DNA of 63,156 bases, the filler included, from Octopus bimaculoides (lineage: Eukaryota): the NCBI RefSeq assembly GCF_001194135.2. It is 5 parts of 5 records of this genome, joined end to end, with 100 filler letters (N's around TTAATTAATTAA, not from the genome) between each part and the next. Parts side by side here need not be neighbours in the genome. Positions count along the whole stretch, not along the records: positions 45,153 to 58,222 come from NC_068989.1; positions 58,323 to 63,156 come from NC_068987.1; 3 more parts are not named here. One strand, given 5' to 3'. This document shows, one piece after another, positions 49,811-62,787 of the stretch. A program made the position numbers and the translations under genes. The first letter of the stretch is position 1. The number at the start of each line of letters is the position of its first letter. The notes below the pieces were generated by a model. It was not told where the DNA came from, made no database searches, and saw only the letters and a list, made by a program, of their open reading frames with translations.

Positions 49811-50754
49811 TTCAGCTAGATATATATATATATATATATANNNNNNNNNNNNNNNNNNNNNNNNNNNNNNNNNNNNNNNNNNNNNNNNNNNNNNNNNNNN
49901 NNNNNNNNNNNNNNNNNNNNNNNNNNNNNNNNNNNNNNNNNNNNNNNNNNNNNNNNNNNNNNNNNNNNNNNNNNNNNNNNNNNNNNNNNNNNNNNNNNNN
50001 NNNNNNNNNNNNNNNNNNNNNNNNNNNNNNNNNNNNNNNNNNNNNNNNNNNNNNNNNNNNNNNNNNNNNNNNNNNNNNNNNNNNNNNNNNNNNNNNNNNN
50101 NNNNNNNNNNNNNNNNNNNNNNNNNNNNNNNNNNNNNNNNNNNNNNNNNNNNNNNNNNNNNNNNNNNNNNNNNNNNNNNNNNNNNNNNNNNNNNNNNNNN
50201 NNNNNNNNNNNNNNNNNNNNNNNNNNNNNNNNNNNNNNNNNNNNNNNNNNNNNNNNNNNNNNNNNNNNNNNNNNNNNNNNNNNNNNNNNNNNNNNNNNNN
50301 NNNNNNNNNNNNNNNNNNNNNNNNNNNNNNNNNNNNNNNNNNNNNNNNNNNNNNNNNNNNNNNNNNNNNNNNNNNNNNNNNNNNNNNNNNNNNNNNNNNN
50401 NNNNNNNNNNNNNNNNNNNNNNNNNNNNNNNNNNNNNNNNNNNNNNNNNNNNNNNNNNNNNNNNNNNNNNNNNNNNNNNNNNNNNNNNNNNNNNNNNNNN
50501 NNNNNNNNNNNNNNNNNNNNNNNNNNNNNNNNATTTTTAAAGAAATGCACATAGTTTTATATTTATATATCATTATGATACATGTATTCATTTATGCTTG
50601 TTATAATATCAATAGGATCTTTTCTGTTTGGCGACCAATTTTCAATCTCTTCAATTTCTGTGCGTATTGATTTTATACTCGGTGTAATGATACAGTTTTA
50701 TATGCTAATCAATGCCATGAAATTCGTTTTCGCCATAAATCAACAAGGAGTTAA

Positions 50755-51290
50755 TAGCTTTTAAAGTTTGCAAATTTTGGGGTAATTTTAGACAGTTGTA
50801 AGACACAAACACATTTATGCCTGCTTCTATGAGAACTCTTTTGTCTGCGAGAAAGCACGTGTTGACAAATATATTCTATTCATTGAGGTGGTGGTGAGAT
50901 GTGCTAAAAATAAGAGCTAAATAGGCCTTAAATCATGACCCCACCCAAATTTTTTGTTTTGGTTTTTACTTAACTGTATGAATTCCCGTGTGTAGAATTC
51001 GCAAAACTTTTCTGAAAATACCAAAAAAAAAAAAAAGTTATGAGGGTTATATGACAAGCGTAAAGCAGAATTCCGCCAGTAATTCATTTGTTTACAGTTG
51101 ACAACACTTGCAGTCACGCGCAAAATGACAGCTTCCAAATCCTGTTTTCTGACCGAGTGAAAACTATCAACCTTTAAGCCGCTATGACTTTTAAAAAAAA
51201 AATTATCTGGAAAGAGTGAAATTTCTCCTGTGATTCGGCTTGGAAAATTACATTAATAACCAAATTTTAAAATTTTCAGTAAACTTTGAA
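50755..51290. mobile_element. Non-autonomous DNA transposon (MITE)
   Basis: Imperfect TIR TTAAAGTTTGCAAATTTTGGGGTAATTTT; the same terminus occurs in inverted orientation at ~48060-48100. Confidence 0.55.
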
Positions 51291-51439
51291 ATTTCCACAG
51301 GTGCAGCCAAATAGAAAAGATCCTATTGATATTCTTGAAATGTATATTCCATGTAGTATTGAAATGATCGTAATTAAAGAATCAAATGTAATACTTAAAT
51401 TCCAGTCGTTGAGTTCTCCTCTGTGTTTGTGTATATATG

Positions 51440-51473
<34 letters not shown>

Positions 51474-51478
51474 TGAGT

Positions 51479-51888
51479 GGAGGCGCAATGGCCCAGTAGT
51501 TTGGGCAGCGGACTCGCGGTCATAGGATCGCGGTTTCGATTCCCAGACCGGGCGTTGTGAGTGTTTATTCAGCGAAAACACCTAAAGCTCCACGAGGCTC
51601 CGGCAGGGGATGGTGGCGAACCCTGCTGTACTCTTTCACCACAGCTTTCTCTCACTCTTACTTCCTGTTTCTGTTGTGCCTGTAATTCAAAGGGTCAGCC
51701 TTGTCACACTGTGTCACGCTGAATATCCCCGAGAACTACGTTAAGGGTACACGTGTCTGTGGAGTGCTCAGCCACTTGCACGTTAATTTCACGAGCAGGC
51801 TGTTCCGTTGATTGGATCAACTGGAACCCTCAACGTCGTAAGTGACTGAGTGCCAACAACAGCAAAATGTATGTATGTATGTATGTAT
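51479..51888 (+). mobile_element. Near-intact tRNA-derived SINE (~410 bp)
   Basis: Pol III A box TGGCCCAGTAG, B box GGTTTCGATTCC and a (TGTA)n tail. Confidence 0.85.
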
Positions 51889-52317
51889 TGAAATGCTAGT
51901 AGGCTCTTCAAGCAAATGAAGAAACCGGCTAACACTCACTTTACAGAGGTTCTCGATAAAAAGCAAGACGTTCCGAAAGTTCAATATGCAACAATTATCA
52001 TTGTTATTATCCAAATGCCATTAATGGAGCTTCTGGTTCTTCTGTTAGAACTCAACTAACCTCCATCAAGGAAGAATTCTAATAGATAAAATGTGAAAGC
52101 ACGCCCTCATTCCAACGGTGGAACTTTGTATCTTCATTAGAAACAGCTCCTTCCTTACAGGAAAACTTTGAATAATTAAAAATAGAAGAGAAGATACATA
52201 CATATACACATACACACGCACAAGCACACACACATGCATACATACATATATATATAAATACAAATATACATACACACATAAGTACATACATATTGTGTGT
52301 GTGTGCGTGAGAGAGAA

Positions 52318-52382
<65 letters not shown>

Positions 52383-52450
52383 AAGAGAGAGNNNNNNNNN
52401 NNNNNNNNNNNNNNNNNNNNNNNNNNNNNNNNNNNNNNNNNGAGAGAGAA

Positions 52451-52497
<47 letters not shown>

Positions 52498-53033
52498 AAG
52501 CAGGCGCGCGTGCGTATATCTTAGCAAGGACTCCTGTGGTGAACCCAATTTTCATGCTATTACATATTCTCGCTATTTCTACCTCCCTTCTGTCCCTATA
52601 TCACTAACGCTAACAGGTGTAACATTAAACATGTGGAGGGATTGATCTAAAAACCAATTTCCCTCTCTCTCACTATTCCCCTACTATTTTTGTATCTCAG
52701 TAGTTTTATTCGTTTCTTATACGAATTAACTCGGCTTTCATTTTATACTCGAAAAGATACCATCTTTTTCATAATGACTAGTTGCTTCCTTACTTTTGTT
52801 CCTTTCTTTCTGCCACCCTCTACCCTCTTCCCCCCTCTCTATCTTTCTCTTTCTTATCTCTTAATCTCTCTCAAGGAGATAAAATAAAAAAATTAGAGAC
52901 ATAGAAAGGGAGATAGAGAAAGCGGGAGAGGAATGCAATTTATTGTTAGTTTGATACTTTTGGTGGCAGGACTGATTAGTCGGGCGTGCAAATATATATA
53001 GATATATATAGATATATATATACACACACACAC

Positions 53034-53067
<34 letters not shown>

Positions 53068-53836
53068 GNNNNNNNNNNNNNNNNNNNNNNNNNNNNNNNN
53101 NNNNNNNNNNNNNNNNNNNNNNNNNNNNNNNNNNNNNNNNNNNNNNNNNNNNNNNNNNNNNNNNNNNNNNNNNNNNNNNNNNNNNNNNNNNNNNNNNNNN
53201 NNNNNNNNNNNNNNNNNNNNNNNNNNNNNNNNNNNNNNNNNNNNNNNNNNNNNNNNNNNNNNNNNNNNNNNNNNNNNNNNNNNNNNNNNNNNNNNNNNNN
53301 NNNNNNNNNNNNNNNNNNNNNNNNNNNNNNNNNNNNNNNNNNNNNNNNNNNNNNNNNNNNNNNNNNNNNNNNNNNNNNNNNNNNNNNNNNNNNNNNNNNN
53401 NNNNNNNNNNNNNNNNNNNNNNNNNNNNNNNNNNNNNNNNNNNNNNNNNNNNNNNNNNNNNNNNNNNNNNNNNNNNNNNNNNNNNNNNNNNNNNNNNNNN
53501 NNNNNNNNNNNNNNNNNNNNNNNNNNNNNNNNNNNNNNNNNNNNNNNNNNNNNNNNNNNNNNNNNNNNNNNNNNNNNNNNNNNNNNNNNNNNNNNNNNNN
53601 NNNNNNNNNNNNNNNNNNNNNNNNNNNNNNNNNNNNNNNNNNNNNNNNNNNNNNNNNNNNNNNNNNNNNNNNNNNNNNNNNNNNNNNNNNNNNNNNNNNN
53701 NNNNNNNNNNNNNNNNNNNNNNNNNNNNNNNNNNNNNNNNNNNNNNNNNNNNNNNNNNNNNNNNNNNNNNNNNNNNNNNNNNNNNNNNNNNNNNNNNNNN
53801 NNNNNNNNNNNNNNNNNNNNNNNNTATATACATATC

Positions 53837-53891
<55 letters not shown>

Positions 53892-54593
53892 TTATGTATG
53901 TATGTATGTATGTATGCATACTTGTATGTATGTTTTATCTTTTCATTTGGTTCAGTCATTAAATTGCGGTCATGCTGGGGCACCGCCTAGAAGAGTTTTA
54001 GTCGAACGAATCGACCCTAGTACTTCTTTTCCCTTTTCAGCCTGGTACTTAGCGTTATTTGCGTTCGTTTCCTACCACTAAATTACCTTACATGGTTACT
54101 TTTCCACCCTAAATGTTAATGTTTCTGATAACCACCCACCCGCATCCCATTCTATTAATGGTGCGTATCACCATTATCATTGAAGTAGACAGTAAAAATA
54201 TGTACAACTCTCTGTACTTACCAATAAGTCCTATTCCCTCTCCACCAAACATTTACCCTCAACGGTCGCTCGTTCTGCTAGAGCTAGCAGCTAAATCTTA
54301 TTTTAATATATAAAATTGGTATATCAGCAACAACTGAAATATGCATATACACCCATTTCCTTTTATCTTTTTTTTTTTCTATCTTCTATCGCATTGTTTA
54401 CATAAATATATTCGTATACGAAATGTCATAACTTTTAGAGCTGGCTCTAATTCCTAAAGAAAAACTTTAAAAATTAATCGAATCGCACTGCTAACACAGG
54501 TAAGACACAGTCAGTTTTGACTTATAAGCCTTAAATATACTTGACAGTATATTATAATTGCATATCGAAATACAATGTCCGTACCACCAATTA

Positions 54594-54642
<49 letters not shown>

Positions 54643-55306
54643 NNNNNNNNNNNNNNNNNNNNNNNNNNNNNNNNNNNNNNNNNNNNNNNNNNNNNNNNNN
54701 NNNNNNNNNNNNNNNNNNNNNNNNNNNNNNNNNNNNNNNNNNNNNNNNNNNNNNNNNNNNNNNNNNNNNNNNNNNNNNNNNNNNNNNNNNNNNNNNNNNN
54801 NNNNNNNNNNNNNNNNNNNNNNNNNNNNNNNNNNNNNNNNNNNNNNNNNNNNNNNNNNNNNNNNNNNNNNNNNNNNNNNNNNNNNNNNNNNNNNNNNNNN
54901 NNNNNNNNNNNNNNNNNNNNNNNNNNNNNNNNNNNNNNNNNNNNNNNNNNNNNNNNNNNNNNNNNNNNNNNNNNNNNNNNNNNNNNNNNNNNNNNNNNNN
55001 NNNNNNNNNNNNNNNNNNNNNNNNNNNNNNNNNNNNNNNNNNNNNNNNNNNNNNNNNNNNNNNNNNNNNNNNNNNNNNNNNNNNNNNNNNNNNNNNNNNN
55101 NNNNNNNNNNNNNNNNNNNNNNNNNGCAATATCATATCTTCTCCACTACTTCTGTATTACGTGTCACAAAAGTGAAACAATAACATCTCTCTATTGTAAT
55201 GTCAGATATTTTCATTTTAATAGTTTCACTTTAATACTGAAACTATTAAAACGAAACTATTATCTCACATATATACAGGCATACATATATATATATGTAT
55301 ATATAA

Positions 55307-55400
55307 TACTAGCAGAGTTACCCGGTGTTGCCCGTGTTACATGCAATTGAAAAATTGGACTTTTCTGTTATATTTTCTCTAATGAACTGGAATACCTATG
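55307..55400 (+). mobile_element. Terminus of a non-autonomous Helitron-like element
   Basis: ACTAGCAGAGTTACCCGGTGTTGCCCG resembles the widespread ACTAGC..ACCCGGCGTTGCCCG Helitron-type end. Confidence 0.5.
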
Positions 55401-56299
55401 ATTCGAATTTCATCAAAATTGCAGATGAGAGTTCTTTCCCTCTTTACACACCCTAAACAATTCTAATCATGACACATATATCCCATACTACTGATCTTTA
55501 AGCGCAGATTCCAAAATTCCAGTATTATGGAACCTATTAAAAGGATTTTGCTCCTGTAAAATGGGGGTCATGGAACTCTAAAATGTGGGAGTTAAGGCCC
55601 CTAGTGGGGGTGGTGTCTTAATGTCAACTAGAGAAGTTGAATTGTTGAGAATCTTTTTATCTATTGTTTGAATTTCTTTGAAATAGGAAATACATGTATG
55701 TTAACTGGGTTTGTAAGAGAGAGCAAAGCTACAGGAAGCCAAAAGACGAATGATCACAATAAGCAGTCAGCTACCCTACCCTACCACTCCCAATGTAGGA
55801 TTCCTCACCATACAAGTGACAGGCACAGCCGTAAGATGCATTACGGATCTATAGCAATTGGAAGGGCATGACCCAACTCAAATAAACAACCAAATAACTT
55901 TACTCAACACTTTGCAACTGAATCAGTGGAGGCAAATATGCCTCTAATTTACTTGACAATTTATGCACCAAATTGCAGAAATCACAATCTAAGTATATCT
56001 CAAAGCAAGCTCTTACATTGTTGTACCATTGAATTACAAATAATGCTCATCTTTTATGCTCGAGTGACCCTACAGCTTCCAAGAGTACAACTGTATTCGT
56101 CTTTGCTTAGATAAAATGACTAAATTGTGAGTGTTAAGTCACCATGAAGGGGTCTTTATAACTTCTAAGAAGATGAAATTTTAGAAATATTACTTCATTT
56201 GTGTCTAATATCTATGGTTAAAATTTCATCAACAGCAAAAATATGAATTTTCATGGGGGTTATGGCCCTTGTGCGTAGGATATAATTTCCAAATTTCAT

Positions 56300-56339
<40 letters not shown>

Positions 56340-56845
56340 ATACAAAAGATGGAGGTGGAAATAGCACAGAAGGAAATCTAAGACATTTCAATTTAAGAAG
56401 GAATTTGATAAAATGATTTTTAAAATTATATAAAGAAAATATTACTGGTTTTGATGGTGAATCTCATCTTATCAAATATCAGTAAAGAATTTATAAAAAT
56501 TTGAAGTAAAAACAGTTTATCTTTTGTCTGGGGGTCAAAAACATTGTCTGGAGATTTTTCGTTGAAGTCTTCTTTAAATATAGTTTGGTATAGAGTTCAA
56601 AGTGTAAGAGAGTAAGAGAGGGAGAGTAGTTGGATAGATAGACAGACAGACAGACAGACAGAATTTCAAGTATGAGTTCTCGAGGGATATAAACAACATC
56701 GAACACACATACACAAGTTTTGTTTTGCTCGTTCGTGGGAGGGCTTCGCGTAAAGGCGTAAGAGTATATATTCTCTTCATATGCCATGTATTAAGGTACT
56801 TGAAAGCCAAAAACAAGTGAGATAACTCGCATCAGATCCCATTCA

Positions 56846-56902
56846 GGAGCGACAGACCTCGATGTTTCGTCATGTTGGTGACTTGTCAATACCGCGTACT
56901 CC
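56846..56902 (-). ncRNA. Minimal type I hammerhead ribozyme (U3-A8 variant)
   Basis: Minus strand GGA-GUAC-GCGGUA UUGACAA GUCA-CCAACA-UGAC GAAAC AUCGAG GUC^ UGUCGC-UCC. Stem I (6 bp plus 3 bp beyond a bulge), stem II (4 bp, G10.1-C11.1), core GAAA, short near-palindromic stem III and a GUC cleavage triplet are all present. Confidence 0.8.
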
Positions 56903-57859
56903 AAAGGAGGTCCGATGCAAGCTAAATCGCTATGATTATATGCAAAATGATGTAAGAACTATCTGCTGGTTTGTCCCAACAAGTTATGTGTAGTTCGTGG
57001 GTAGGCCGCAGTTATAGGAAAAATTAGGTGGAGGAATTGTTTCGTAGTTTGTTGATCGCTTCTTAAGAGAGATGTACCTCATTTCCTTTCCAAAACGATA
57101 GCATTGAATATTGAATTAACGATGTTTTGGTTTCAACTCTATTCCTTTTTTTTTCTTTTTTTTTTCCTTTTTTCTCTTTTTTGTATCTCCTTTGGATGTA
57201 AATTATAAAATTATATGAAAACGTTTTTCTTGCAAAATTTCTGATGTTTTATTTCCATCTTCATCAAAATACCTGCTGCTCCAAGCACTGTAAAACTTTT
57301 TCACTGGTACTCACTTTGGTGGTAATTATTTCACATTCCTTCACTTACATGTTACGTCTCAGACTTCTCATACCACTCCATCATTTCAATCACCTTCTAC
57401 ACGGATGAATAAGGACAAAAATACATTCTACATTATTATATCTGATTCTTTAATTACAACTTTTACTAATTTTTTCTAGCATTAAATTCTACTACTATTA
57501 TCTACTTCCTGACTATTTAGATATTTTTACAGTGTTCCAGTAAATTAAATAAATAATTAATTTAGTCTCTTTCGGGGTTTTCATACTGTTCTATCCGCAC
57601 CGTTACACACACTGGTTTAAACTATCTCTGTTTAATACATTACTGTTGCTTACCATAACTTTTCAAATTTTTGTTTTAGTTATTTTCATTCTTTATTCTT
57701 CCATTCCTTTATGCTTAGATTTACCTTTACTTTCTATCCCTACTAACCCTCCTGTTTTTTTTTTTTTCACCATGTTCTCAATTTACATATTTCTTTCCGT
57801 GCATCACTGACATCACGTGCTCTCCATCCACTCCCTAAGGAAGACCTATAACTTTCTTT

Positions 57860-58190
57860 TTGAATAAGTCGGTTTTATTTTAATAAAATCTTAAGAATGA
57901 GTATCTCCACAATCAACCTTGTCCCATTGCACAATTTAAGAGGATCTAAATTTCCTAGAAGCATTATTGGGACTCCTACCTTCAGAAAAAGTTTATGTGG
58001 AGGAGTTCTAGGTGGCTCAAGAGAATTAAGGAACTCTTTTGAGTAACGGACAGCTTGATTTTCGTCAAGTACTGAATCAACTGACTTGTACTTCTTAATG
58101 ATTGTTGGAATTTTAGTCTTTAATTCATGGTTAATCCTTGCTACTGTCTCATTTTTGGGGGAGCAAGAATTGCCCTTTCACACAACCATT
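57860..58190 (-). mobile_element. Helitron PIF1-type helicase fragment
   Basis: Minus frame YSKEFLNSLEPPRTPPHKLFLKVGVPIMLLGNLDPLKLCNGTRLIV, the diagnostic Helitron helicase motif. Confidence 0.88.
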
Positions 58191-58333
58191 TATGTAAATA
58201 TATAATATATAAATATATATATNNNNNNNNNNNNNNNNNNNNNNNNNNNNNNNNNNNNNNNNNNNNTTAATTAATTAANNNNNNNNNNNNNNNNNNNNNN
58301 NNNNNNNNNNNNNNNNNNNNNNATAGCAAAAAG

Positions 58334-58385
<52 letters not shown>

Positions 58386-58956
58386 AATAATAATGATAAT
58401 AATAATAATAATAATAAATAATAATAATGATAATAATAATAATAATGGTAGAATCGTTAGCACGCTGGACGAAATGCTTTGCGGTATTTGGCCCATCGCT
58501 ACGTCCAGAGTTCAAATTCCGCCGATGTCAACTTTGCCTTTCATCCTTAAGGGGTCAATAAATTAAGTACCATTTGCATACTGGGGTCGATTTGCATACT
58601 GGGGTCGCTACGTCCAGAGTTCAAATTCCGCCAATGTCAACTTTGCCTTTCATCCTTAAGGGGTCAATAAATTAAGTACCATTTGCATACTGGGGTAGAT
58701 TTAATCGACTCCCCCTACCCACATCCTCAATTTCAGATCTTGTGCCTATAGTTGAAAGGATTATTATTATTATTAGTGCAGCTAGCTAGCAGAATCATTA
58801 GCACGCTGGACAAAATGTTTAGCGGCATTTCGTATATTTTTACTTTCTGAGTTGAAATTCCGCCGAGATCGAGTTTGCCTTTCATCCTTTCGAGATCGAC
58901 ATAATAGATACTGGGGTCAATGTAATCGACTTAGCCCCTCCCTCGGAATTGCTGGC

Positions 58957-60330
58957 TTGCGCTGCGGAAGTTGAAACAGTTAAGGGATATCCCTTTCGAA
59001 CTGGGACTCGGGAGGGCAGTGTCGGTGTACACGGACGACATCACCATCATGGTTTCGGGTGCCTCCGAAGTGAAGAGCGTCGGCTCCATTCTAAAGGAGT
59101 ATGAGTGGGTTGCCAAAATCGGGGCCAAAATCAATGCCGACAAGTCGGTGAATTTGAGACAGCACCTGGAGAGGCAGATCGATGCCGTTGGACGGTGTCG
59201 TCGGACGCTGGACTGACGGGCCAGTTAAACTGCTTGGGGTCTGTTTCGGCCTCGACCCCCAGGTTGGTAAAAATTAGAATGAGGTGACGAACTAGGTGGC
59301 CAGTCTTACCCACAAATAGGCAGAAAGAAAGCTGTCCCTGAAAGATCGGGCATGTGTGGTGAATGCCTACATCACCCCTGTCATCATTTATCGCCTGACT
59401 ATTGTGTCTTGTCCCAGGTACCACCTGATTATGTTGAAGCGTTTCTTGTTTAATCTTTTGCGGAAGGGACGTGTTCCAATGGTCAGGCGGTTAATCTGCT
59501 ACAAGCTCTCTCAACATGGCGGTTTAGGCATGCCATGAATTTTAATGCGCAGACACGCAAGTTGCGCCACCTGCAACAATTTCTAGAGTGTGAACATGTG
59601 TGGGCTCAGTTCGTGAGATACGTCTTCCAGCAGCTCGCCTCTTTGACAGAACTGCAGTCCTGAGTGAAAGATAGACCAAGACTAGGCGTCTAGCACCTAA
59701 AATGTTGTCAGGCGTTCACTGTCCTCTACCAGTCGGGCAATAGGATCGGTGAATGTTCCACTTTATCTATATATATAGAGGATTAGTAACGGGGAAGTAC
59801 TACAGCATCCTCGAGGAGACCCTGGGCGTCGACGAAAACGAACTGGCCAGTCTGTTTCGGAGGGCTTTCCGATCGGGGACTACTATGGATAATTTCTAGA
59901 TGTCTTTGGCTTGGCAGTACTACCGAGGGGCGGTACCGGTTCGAGACAAACTCTACAGACACGGATATGCCATCAGACAGGCTTGTCCAAGGAGTGTGCA
60001 GAGCAACTGAACTGTTCTACATGCACTCTGCATGCACTCGTTCATTGCTGACTTGTGGAGTTATGCCGAGCAGCTGCTGTCACGTGTGGGACCCGTCTAT
60101 CGGTTGAGTCCATAATGATGATCGCTCCTCCACTCTCATTTAATCAGGAAGACAAAGTTGTTTTTCTTTGCCTGGTTGTTGTGGCGAAAGAGGTTGCTTG
60201 GTGGACGAGGCTGAAAGGAATGAAGGCAGAGACATTCCTCTTCGATAAAGCCTTTACCGACTTTCTTAAGTTTCACTTGAAAAGAAAACTGAGGGCGGAG
60301 AGGAAGGTGCTCTCTCTTATAGGATGACCT
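58957..60330 (+). mobile_element. 5'-truncated Tx1/L1-like LINE ORF2 (RT C-terminal half), pseudogenised
   Basis: VYTDDITIMVS RT motif, KINADKS, KLSLKDRACVVNAYITPVIIYRLTIVSCP, HGGLGMP and a C-terminal VVAKEVAWWTRLKG..FHLKRKLRAER; many stops and frameshifts. It begins inside a SINE. Confidence 0.85.
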
Positions 60331-60659
60331 AATAATATATCGATACAATAGATTGATATAGATTGAAGTATATCTTTGACTTTGAAAGGAAGACATCGTG
60401 GGTGATCTGTAGAATGCTGGATATATTATTCTTCTGTGTATCTCTTCTTACGATTAAACACAATGTTATCATGCTTATGACCCTTAGCGTTAGATCACAA
60501 AAAGAGGTTGTAGGACTATATCAAAAAAGGTTTGGCTAAATTCTTGGCAGTATGCAATACAAGGTGTGGTTTTATTTTGCTTCACCTTGCTTCTTTGCTT
60601 CTTCTTCTTCTTTCTTCTTTTTTTTCCTTTTTCTTTTTTCTTTCTCGGTTTCGATGAAT

Positions 60660-61430
60660 CCGTCTGTTCAGGCAGAAAATAATGCGGTTTTTCAAGCGTA
60701 CGACCTAAAAGTCGGAGGGGGACAAAATAGACTACCTGCAGGTAGTAATTTTACCTTGTACTTATGCTTAGTGCAGTTTGATTTTAACAGTTATATTTTC
60801 AAAGCATATTCGGCATATTTGGCTTTATGAGTTCAATAATTGCAACAACGCAACGGAAAGTTCGAGGAATATTAATGCAATAAATGGGAATTGACAATAA
60901 GCGTAAGCTAGTGTCAACAGCAGTTCCAGAAATTCCGAGCTGGAAACTATAGCGTAGAAATCGAGCCCCATCCTAGTTTTGTAAATCTCGGCGAGGTGGA
61001 ACAAAATCCCATCGTAACTGTTGAGGAACCAGCAGAGAAGCTTGGATTTGGTCATTCAACCATTCATCGATAATTGCGTGCCATCGGAAAAGTCAGCAAA
61101 TTGGGTCAATGGGTTCCTCACACACTTTCCGAGTCTAATCTCGCGCAGAGAATGAATATGTGCTCTTCTTTGCTGTCACCTCACACGAATGAAGAGTTTT
61201 TTTTTTCGACCGAATAGTGACTGGTGATGAGAAATGGGTTCTCTATAAAAATGTCAAGTGCTGAAGACAGTGGGTAGGAAAATGAGAAACACCAGCATCC
61301 CAGGCTAAAGAAGGTCTTCAGCCACGTAATGTGTTGTATCTGTTTGATGGGATACGAAAGGTTTAGACCATTTTGAACTTTTAAACCCAAACCAAACGAT
61401 AACAAAGGCGATCTACGGCGCGCAGCGTAT
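60660..61430 (+). mobile_element. Mos1-like mariner transposase pseudogene, 5' half
   Basis: KHIRHIWLYEFNN, KLGQWVPHTLSE and DRIVTGDEKWVLYKNVK motifs; degenerate TIR near 60661; cut by a (TA)n run and a gap. Confidence 0.88.
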
Positions 61431-61952
61431 ATATATATATATAAATATATATATATATANNNNNNNNNNNNNNNNNNNNNNNNNNNNNNNNNNNNNNNNN
61501 NNNNNNNNNNNNNNNNNNNNNNNNNNNNNNNNNNNNNNNNNNNNNNNNNNNNNNNNNNNNNNNNNNNNNNNNNNNNNNNNNNNNNNNNNNNNNNNNNNNN
61601 NNNNNNNNNNNNNNNNNNNNNNNNNNNNNNNNNNNNNNNNNNNNNNNNNNNNNNNNNNNNNNNNNNNNNNNNNNNNNNNNNNNNNNNNNNNNNNNNNNNN
61701 NNNNNNNNNNNNNNNNNNNNNNNNNNNNNNNNNNNNNNNNNNNNNNNNNNNNNNNNNNNNNNNNNNNNNNNNNNNNNNNNNNNNNNNNNNNNNNNNNNNN
61801 NNNNNNNNNNNNNNNNNNNNNNNNNNNNNNNNNNNNNNNNNNNNNNNNNNNNNNNNNNNNNNNNNNNNNNNNNNNNNNNNNNNNNNNNNNNNNNNNNNNN
61901 NNNNNNNNNNNNNNNNNNNNNNNNNNNNNNNNNNNNNNNNNNNNNNNNNNNN

Positions 61953-61993
<41 letters not shown>

Positions 61994-62371
61994 CACACAC
62001 ACATACACACACGCACAAATATACGCGCGTACTAGTGGTAAGGGGGTCGCAGGGTCGTGTTTCTATTTCCAGATAGGCGGTGCGTTGGATTCTTCACTTT
62101 ACGTTCCTCCAATCCACCCAGATGTAAATGTGTAAAGTTGCGACAGACTGACATTCCGTTCAGAGGGAATTTTCGCCTGACCATGCTAGCCAGAGGAGTC
62201 ATATCATTTGAAAGCTATAACAATGCTAAGAAATGTATTGTGGCTAGCGATGTTTAACATCTGGTAGCCTGGTCGATACAGTGATGCAACAATAGGGTGA
62301 TACAGCAATCTAGAAATATGTATCGATATATCCGTACATACATGTATATAAATTATATTATATTACATAGT

Positions 62372-62700
62372 GCAGGCGCCTGGGTCAATGATAGAGCATT
62401 GGGTTTACAATTACGGAGTTGTGAGTTCGATTCACGGACCGTAAACGTCTTGTGCTCTTGAGCAAGACATTTTATTCTACGTTGCTCTAGTTCACTCAGC
62501 TGTAGAAATGAGTTGCAGCGTTACTGGTGCCTAGCTGAACCGGCCTTTAACTTTCCCTTGGACAACATCGGTGGCGTGGAGAGGGAAGATTGGCATTCAT
62601 GGGTAACTTCCACAAACAGCCTTGCCCTGACTTGTCTCTCTTAGAGTCGAACTTTCTAGGTGCAATCACATGATCATTCGTAACCGATGGGGGTCTTTAC
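62372..62700 (+). mobile_element. tRNA-derived SINE
   Basis: B-box-like GAGTTCGATTC followed by TTGTGCTCTTGAGCAAGACATTTTA..GTTCACTCAGCTGTAGAAATGAG. Confidence 0.65.
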
Positions 62701-62787
62701 CCTTTTTATGCTATATTTCCCCGCTATCCATTTCAGTTGACTTCAGTACTGAATAACATATCAATTAACTGCAAGATGCCAGCATGT

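Noticed and set aside
51479-51560. tRNA-like A and B boxes
   Set aside because: No cloverleaf; the sequence continues into a SINE body and tail, so it is not a tRNA gene.
1326-62018. All ORF-track entries over 200 aa containing X runs
   Set aside because: They read through N gaps and flanking microsatellites.
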